Source: Lama glama
Taxonomy: Eukaryota
Direction: 5' to 3'
Length of the DNA stretch: 64,000 nt
NCBI GenBank assembly: GCA_028534125.1
Contig: CM052817.1
Location: 81,346,001 to 81,410,000 of the forward strand
Part shown: positions 56,613 through 64,000 of the stretch, in pieces
How positions within the stretch are numbered: the first letter of the stretch is position 1
How the letters are laid out: each line of letters opens with the position of its first letter
Notes under the pieces: generated by a model
The model's database searches: none
Told to the model about the DNA's origin: nothing
Seen by the model: the letters and a program-made list of their open reading frames with translations, nothing else
Translations under genes and position numbers: made by a program

Positions 56613-57372
56613 AATAGGTTTCTTATCTTCAACATGTGCTAGAATCTGGATACATCAACACAGGTCTTTACATCCATTAGGACATAACTTGCATATTAAG
56701 TTTACTTTGAATGACAGAATAACCAGTTACAGTAAAATTCAACCACAGAGTCCATCTGCCAACAGAATATGCATGACTTTATTTGGCTCTTTATTCTTGA
56801 TAATCAGCACAGAATATATTAGTTATATTAGCTGTTGAACTGGTGGAAAACTGCCTGGTTCCGAACCTTGGCAACACTTTTCCTATATCTTGATGGGTCG
56901 CATAACTCCATGGTTACATCTGGAGTTTATGTGACTGTGGATGTTTCAAGTATGCAGATGAGACAATACATCTGGAAAACTAGAGAGAAAGCCCAATCTT
57001 TCAACTCGTACAAAATGCTTCTCCAGATTCCATGTGTTAGCTCTGTATCTGAAAATTAGATGCAGAAAACGTGTCCATTATAGTAAATGCTATCAAAGAG
57101 ATGACATTTATACAGTAGATTGTTAGTGCTGTACTTCCTGTTGAAGGATAGTCACTCAGAGTACTACACCCACCAGCTTTAGGCATATGAGCAACTGGCA
57201 AGGAGGGAACTATTTCAGATTATGGTCTCTTATGTGGCAAAAATGGCCAACCACTGTTAAAACCTTCTTATTTCAAAGCATTCATAAAATGCATTTTTCA
57301 AAATAGATTCTTAATGAATCTGTTCACAGGTTTCTCTAAGATGTCCAGGTAATCAACTATTTCCCCAAGCAA
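56613..57372 (-). other. ANKRD50: ANKRD50 exon 2, 5'UTR portion (760 nt)
   Basis: Strong acceptor TATTTTTGTTTATTTTAG|TTG (AG at 57374-57373) with a CACTAAG branch-point-like motif just upstream. No interspersed repeat recognised between it and the ATG. Confidence 0.75.
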
Positions 57373-58534
57373 CTAAAATAAACAAAAATAGCTTAGTGCA
57401 AAATATCACGTTAAAAGCCTTCTTATCAAAGAACACAATTTACCAGTTAAAGCTATCTCAAAAATCCATATATTTCATCTCTGGCACTTTCAAAAAGTTG
57501 AACAACTACCCGAAAATCTTAGTTACATTTTCCTTTCTGTATTTCTCTTCCGCTGTAGTTAGGCATCCCAAACAGCTACATTTTAATCAAGTTACCCAAG
57601 GTTTTTAAAACCACACTGCAGAAACGAGAAAAAAACACTTTATGCACACGCAGTAACATCCTTAACCCTAGCCAAAAAGGTCTTTCCGACTAGCTTGGTG
57701 GAACAGCACCCGTTAGGGAGGCTCTATTAATCTGCACAGACCAGCCAGGGCTGTTTACTCAACTGGCCACGCTTCTTTGTTGATAGTTTGCAAAATCTAG
57801 GGGATGATTATCAGGGTTGTGGCTGGATGGGAATGGGTTAAAAAGAAAAAAGGGGACGAGGGGGATGAGCTTACATGAATGATACATTCAAACACAAGTA
57901 CAACGTGAATCTTTCCTTCCTACGCGCCAAAGATGAAGGTTTCGGACGGGGGTGAGGAATGAAATTTACTACTATGGCCAGAGAAAAGGCTGCCGGGGAG
58001 AATTCCTTCCAGGCTGGAAAGGGATGAGGAGCAGAGGGCTGCAGGGCTGGTGGGTGTTTGCCTACAGTTCCGGCCTCCAGTTTCAGCTGATAGACAAAAG
58101 GAACTCCGGGATTCCCAGCGACGGGAACCACCTTCGGTTTCAGCAGCCCCAAGGAGCCACAGGGGGGCCACCTCGGAGAGGCCACGGACCGAGGTGCAGC
58201 CTCCACACTGAGATCTTCCCTTCCAGAAGGCTGGGAACGCCTCGACAGCCCGCCCCGCCCGAGACTGGGGTGTGTCTTTTGAAGGGGGAGGGGGTGCCCG
58301 ACGTCCTTGCCAATCCTTGATGAGGGGTCGCCTCGGGTGTGTGTCCAGCTCCGCGCCCCCACCCCGAGCGCCGCTCCCGCCCCCACCTGGACCACGGCGG
58401 AACGACCGGAGAAGTCGGGTCTGGGGGCCCGAGGCTGGAAGGGTGGGTGGGTCAGCTCGGAGCCCCAGCCACAGCCCCCGAGATTCCGACCTGAGGGTGG
58501 GGCCTCGCTTCCACCGCCGCCGCCCCTCGGTTAC

Positions 58535-58611
58535 CTCGGCCCCGGCCGCCGCCGCCGCCGCCGCCGCTGCCGCTGCGGGCTCTCAGTCTCAGACACTTGC
58601 TTCTCTGAGAA

Positions 58612-58642
<31 letters not shown>

Positions 58643-58830
58643 GCGCTCCCGAACTCCAACTGCAGCCGCCTCCTCCGCCCGGCCCAGAGCACGCTCCCAG
58701 CTCCAGATCCTCCTCTTGGCCCCCGGCAACTGCCAGGTCCAGCTGCCCCAGCAGCCTCGGCAGTGCTCCTCCCAACCCCCACTGGCCAACCGCCGCCGCC
58801 GCCGCCGCCGTCAGGGCAGTGACTGTCTCA
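58535..58830 (-). other. ANKRD50: ANKRD50 non-coding exon 1 (TSS approximate)
   Basis: Donor GAG|GTAACC (GT at 58534-58533) inside the CpG island, downstream of the GC-box cluster. No AUG in the exon. Confidence 0.7.
58612..58641. repeat. (GCC)10 trinucleotide repeat in exon 1; companion tracts (GCC)7 at 58545-58565 and (CCG)7 at 58790-58810
   Basis: Counted directly from the sequence. Confidence 0.95.
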
Positions 58831-61800
58831 GGCAGCCCTGGACCCGGCCGGCTCCGCCCCGCCCCGCTCCGCGGCCCCGCCCTCCCGGCCCAGGCCCCGC
58901 CCCCGCCCGGCTGCTCGGCCTTTCTTCGGCCGCCGCCTCCGCCCCTCCTCCCCTCCCCCACCGCGCCGTCCCGTCGCCGCCCGTGCCTGGGCGTGTGCGG
59001 CCGCCTGGGACCCGCTGCTTGCGCTGCGGGGAGACCTTTCTAGGGGCGGAGAAGGGGGCGGGGGCTGCGTTCTCACGTCCCCGAGCTCACGCGAGTCGCT
59101 GCCCCCACCCACCCCGTCACCACTCGGCCCCGAGCCTTTTTCTTTGTCTTCCAGGCCGGAGGGACTCGCTGGCTTTTGGGGTCTTATCCGCTGCTAGGAA
59201 GGACAGTTGAGCTGGGAGAGTTGCCCCTTGCCACTCCCTTAACCCTCTTGCTCCAGAAGGCCACTCCTCAGTCATCCGGGTCCCCTTTCAGTCTGTGAAA
59301 TTCCGGTGATGCTTTTACTTTCTCAGCCTGGGACTAAGAAGCAAGTAAGGACCGGGAAGAATGTTGTAAAACTAAAAATAGTAGGGGTCTGGGGTGATAT
59401 TCCCACCTGCCTCATGAAAAGGATTTGGCTTCCGCCAGATAGAGGTTGAAAGCTGTTAAGGTTGGATCTCAGACCCCTGCCCTTTTGGACCGTTTGATGA
59501 CCCGCAGAGGTCACTATTGGGGTGGAGGTCAGGATGCAGAATGAGATGAACTGCCCTAGAGGGCCTGACGGCGGGGCAGTTTCTTTTGAACTAGACGAGC
59601 GAGTTGTTTGCATTCACGTGGACTTGGGTTATTTAGATTCCAAAACTCTGCTGGGAAAGTACTGTCAACTGTTGGAGTAGAAATGTGCCTTTATTATTTT
59701 ATTATTTATGCTAAGACCATGAGCTCCTCTCCATTCTCTGTTAATTTAAATGTGTTTATTTCTTAAATGTTAAGCCAGTGTTCCGTCTGTTTTTAGGGAT
59801 TTCAAAGTGTAGGTATCACCCTTAGCTAGAAAAATATATTGTGCTTGTGCTTACTCTTCCGTTCTGTTTGCTCCAAGCCTATCCGTGGCATTTGAGGTTT
59901 GTTGATCTTAATATTTAACTTTAATGCGTTTGCTGAGAGTTCTAAGGTTCTTTTCCAAAACACAAGCAAAACAAGAAAAGTATAAATTCCCCACAAATGG
60001 AGTGATGAAAATTGAGTTTTAAAAAGCTACACTTTTGATACACGTTGGCTTAAGCAATTTTCATTACCACTTAGCTTGTTTGCCATACATTATAGTCATT
60101 GTAAAAGTTGACTCCTTCGGTATCATGGTTGTAAAATTACATGTCTAGAGAAAATTTTAAGTAAGAAATAGGTACATCGTGTTATCATTTCCATTAAACT
60201 ATTTGCTAATACAATAATTTAAGTAATTTCTGCCCAATAGGGAGAGGAGCTACAGAAACTTTTGGTTTATTGAGCCTATTTTTTTTATGACTAACCACCA
60301 TGGAATGCTGTTTTAAATAACTTCAGGAATAAGTAACCTGTAATTAATCTTCAGAAATTTAGGCTTTTTTTTTTTACTTTAAAGTTCATTCCACATTTCA
60401 TTTTTATGGCTTTTAGCTTTCCCTAAAAGAAAAACTGTTGAAAAGCAGGGACCGTGCCCTACACACCCTCGTAGGTGTGTATTAAGATTCCCTGCCTGTA
60501 AAACATGTCTGTTCTTTCATGTCACAATCACTTACTTAGAAACTTCCTATACATACGGTATTATGTTGAGCATAGTGGCAGGTTATAAAGACGAATGGGC
60601 ACAATTTCTTCAAATTGGAGAGGCTGTTGCAGGGCAAGGGAAACCTGGGACTGCTCTAGCCATTCTTTCAAGTATCCATTTATCTCACCAATTTTTTATA
60701 TGAAGCAATGGTGGTTTTTAAGCTCTTTCCAGCTCTTCTTGACCGAATTGCTGTGTCTCTCACCAAAAAGTCTGAAATCTCCACTGTTAAAAAATATATA
60801 TTACATATGGCTTAGTGGGCTTATTTTTTTACCAAACCAGGACATAGTTGAGAACTGAGACAATAAAAACAATTAAATTTGTATAATTCTTAGATGTGCT
60901 TATTTATTGACTGAAAACTTGGTTCGATTATATTTGGTAGAGATATTAAATAGTTCTATTTAAACATTATTTAAAAAAAAAACAATAACACATATTAAAA
61001 CATAAATATATCTTTACTTACTGAATTTTGCAGAACATCTTTTTATCAATTAACTGAATGGTAAAAATGGCATAAGCAAAGTACTTACTCTTGGTACATT
61101 TTCACGTACTTTAATCAATTTCTTAGCATATTTTCTCCACCACCAATACTGATATTTTTCTAAAGAATGCATGTGCTTAAATATGATTTTCCTTATTTTT
61201 AATTTGTTCATAAAATTGCCTGAAATCTTCATCATGGTTGCATAAACTTGAAAAGATTGGCACCTTCAACTAATGCTTATCTGTAGACCATAATATTTTT
61301 AATTGAAAATTTTTTTCTGTAAGTCCTATGGAACCTAGTAAATTCAAAGCAAACTCTAATAAAGAATATAATAAATATATTTTTCTAAAATATATTCTAA
61401 TTTCTTTATATTGAAATGTACAAAATTTTCAGCTCAAATATTTTTACAGGTGTATCCTTTAAAAATCAGAGTAACATCTTTCAACAAACATTTTTACAAG
61501 ACAAGGCTCCTCATATAAATTTCCTTTATGTTGATGGTTTCAATTAAATTTAGTGCTGCAAGATTATAGGTCTTCTGATTTTTTAATCTATTTGAAAACA
61601 AAATATAATTTTATCCAATTAAAAGCAATAGCTCCATCAAAAGACTCTCCCCACAGATTGAGATATTCCAAAGCCAAATTATAAATTTGAAAACTGGATC
61701 TTTTATAATATGTGTGCTCTCATCATGTAACACATTTAGTTCCTTCTTTGATTGGTAGAGATGAATTTCAGTATCTTCCTATTTGCAACCTTTGTTTTCA

Positions 61801-61949
61801 GTAATTACAATACTTTAAAAAGCTGCAGAAGATGAATACTATGATTTTAGAGTTTCAATGATTTTAAATAAAATGTTCTGAAAATTTAGAGGCTTCATTT
61901 TAATTATCTAGATTAACTAATGTAGGTCACTCAGGTTTATTTACAAAAT

Positions 61950-62125
61950 GATTTTTTTAATTGAAGTAGAGTTGATTTATAATATTATATTAGTTCTAGG
62001 TATACAGCATTCACTATTTTTATAGATTATATTTCCTTTAAAGTTATTATAGAACAATGGCTATATTTCCCTGTGCTGTACAATACATCCCTGTGACTTA
62101 TCTATTTTATACATAGTAGTTTGTA
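61950..62125 (-). mobile_element. Short L1 3' end
   Basis: TTTTTTTAATTGAAGTAGAGTTGATTTATAAT...TTTCCCTGTGCTGTACAATACATCC, similar to the tail of the L1 at 4095. Confidence 0.75.
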
Positions 62126-64000
62126 ACAAAGTAATTCTTTAAGTAGTTATCACTGGCAGTTTTTCAGATTATGGCACAAAATTAAAGAACTCTGTTTATT
62201 ATACAAAAGCATTCAGCCTATTTGATATATGCTCTGTTAACAGGGTGACTCAGCCTCTGTTTCACATATTTCAGATATACCTTACATTTGATTTTCAGCA
62301 TTTACCACCGATTCTCAGAAGTGGCAGCCTGGTGAGTTCATGCATGTCAAAGGCAGCAGCAGCAGGCCAGGGCGCAACCTGACTGGTACAGCAAGTACCT
62401 GGGAGGATCAGCAAGCTTGAAGTTCCACTGACTACTACCAAGACCAGAAGTTGGCTATACCTAGCCTCTCATAGCAAGCTGAGTTTTGTTTTCTTAGCTA
62501 CTATCCTGCACTCTGTCCTTGAAAGGGAGGGGTTAGTTTGCATCTGGAAAGAGTCCGGAAAAGGGTTAATGCTGGCCATCTTTCAGATTTCCCCACAAAT
62601 TTAAAGAACTCTGTTCATTACTAATGCATTTCACACACTATGAAACATGACCATGGCAGAAGCTGGAAATAAATATGAAGGTCTACCAAACCCGTTCCAG
62701 ATTATTTGAATACTACTATTAATAACAGAGCTTTGTTTAACAAACATGCACAAGTCATGTTAGTTACGTTCACTGGGCTTGATGTGGTCCTCGACTGTAG
62801 AAAGTCTTTGATTGACATGGGAAGCATCATGATAGGAACATCCAGCTGTGGCTGCCCTCTTAAAAGACCCTTTTTAAAAGAATGCTTATGTAAGCCTTAC
62901 ATTTTAAAAGTACTGTGGCCAGCTGTGTTTGTTCCTGTTCTTGAAGACAAGCCCTAAAAATAGGTTTTGCTTATAAAATGTGTAAGGTATAGGCCTTTCC
63001 TTCAAAGAATTAAACAAACTCCAAAATAAGATTTATTTTGCAGAATTCCCAGCCAAGGGGAATACAGACTCACTAGCTGTGGTTATTGAGTAGCTGGTTA
63101 CAATGCTCCACCTTATTCTACAGGCTCTTAGAGCCAAAACTCTCAAAATTACATCGACAGTACACGGGATAGTATGAATCTGAAATTCACATCCTTGTCT
63201 GCCTCTCAAATACAGCAAGGAATTTAAAGAAGCCAAGTGGGAGTCTCTGAAATATGTCCCTCCAGTGGATTCTCATAATTCCATTTTCCTATCTTTTCTT
63301 CTGTAAGCCCATGCCCAGCCACAGTGTCATCATTATCCTTTCATTGAATCTCTCATCCTGATAAAGGTCATTAGTGAAGTATTCTCTGAACCTCATTTTA
63401 AATATCTGAGAACAGTTGAAGCTGAATTAGCAATGTTACATTTCTGACTCTTATGTTATAGGGTCATATGTAAAAATAGCAATAATTACATATAATTATA
63501 GTGACTTGAAACTAATGCTAAACATCATTTATCAAAGCAGACTTTCCCAGCTGTATTATGTCCACTATGCATTCTTTGACCAGATTTCTTAATCAGTCTG
63601 TTGATTTGCAGCACATAGTTATTAACTTGATAGATTCCAAGGTAAGTGAGTATTTTATTTATTGTCTTCAGTGTCTCTGCTCTTCTGGAATCTTACCTTA
63701 TTTTTTCTTTTACCTTATTTTTTCTGTTACCTGCTAGGTCATCCTACCTTGGTATTAGCACCCTCTGGGAGGTAGGTTGTATTCATTTGGTAGATAAATA
63801 TTATATACTAGAAAGCATAAAAATAAACTGAACAAAGTGTCTTTGGGAGTAACTCATCTTAGAGGACCTTTTCCTAAGGTCACAGAGGTTTCCTGGGACT
63901 CCCACACTTCCCAGCCCCACGTGTGACCAGGGAACTCGCTCACGTTGCTCTGTGGGGGCAGTGAAGGCAGAGACAATCATGCCACATAGCACCAAGAGAC

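Larger units (their letters stand above)
58150..59180. promoter_or_regulatory. CpG island / TATA-less promoter of ANKRD50 with clustered GC boxes
   Basis: Very high GC and CpG density against the AT-rich background; repeated CCGCCC/GGGCGG motifs at ~58853-58945 and ~59043-59064. Confidence 0.9.

Noticed and set aside
57869..57877. Donor-like CAT|GTAAGC in intron 1 and the 174-aa ORF 57871-58395
   Set aside because: Weak exonic context, no independent support, and no recognisable protein; cannot be called without transcript data.
58272..59210. 312-aa plus-strand ORF and other overlapping ORFs in the CpG island
   Set aside because: Low-complexity Arg/Pro/Ala translation with a non-ATG start; stop codons are depleted in GC-rich DNA.

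Overview
Mammalian genomic DNA, most likely a camelid: two Vic-1-type tRNA-derived SINEs are present. The window holds one complete protein-coding gene, ANKRD50, on the minus strand. Its layout is: CpG-island promoter and non-coding exon 1 (~58830-58535), exon 2 (57372-56101, ATG at 56612), exon 3 (33904-33675), a 3.55-kb exon 4 (28214-24664, stop at 24669-24667) and a ~3.4-kb 3'UTR exon 5 (23122 to ~19685). The spliced CDS is 512+230+3548 = 4290 nt, or 1429 aa. It encodes a STAND/NACHT-like P-loop NTPase, ~17-19 ankyrin repeats, a Ser-rich disordered tail and a C-terminal PDZ ligand (ETPL). The rest is interspersed repeats (L1, L2, MIR, SINE, LTR, hAT) and microsatellites. I see no second gene, RNA gene or prokaryote-type system. 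The most interesting signals are the NLR-like architecture, an exon-2 switch that removes the P-loop, a GGC-repeat exon-1 frame that joins the CDS in frame when exon 2 is skipped, and a 5'UTR with 19 upstream AUGs. Repeat boundaries and family names were assigned by eye and are approximate.
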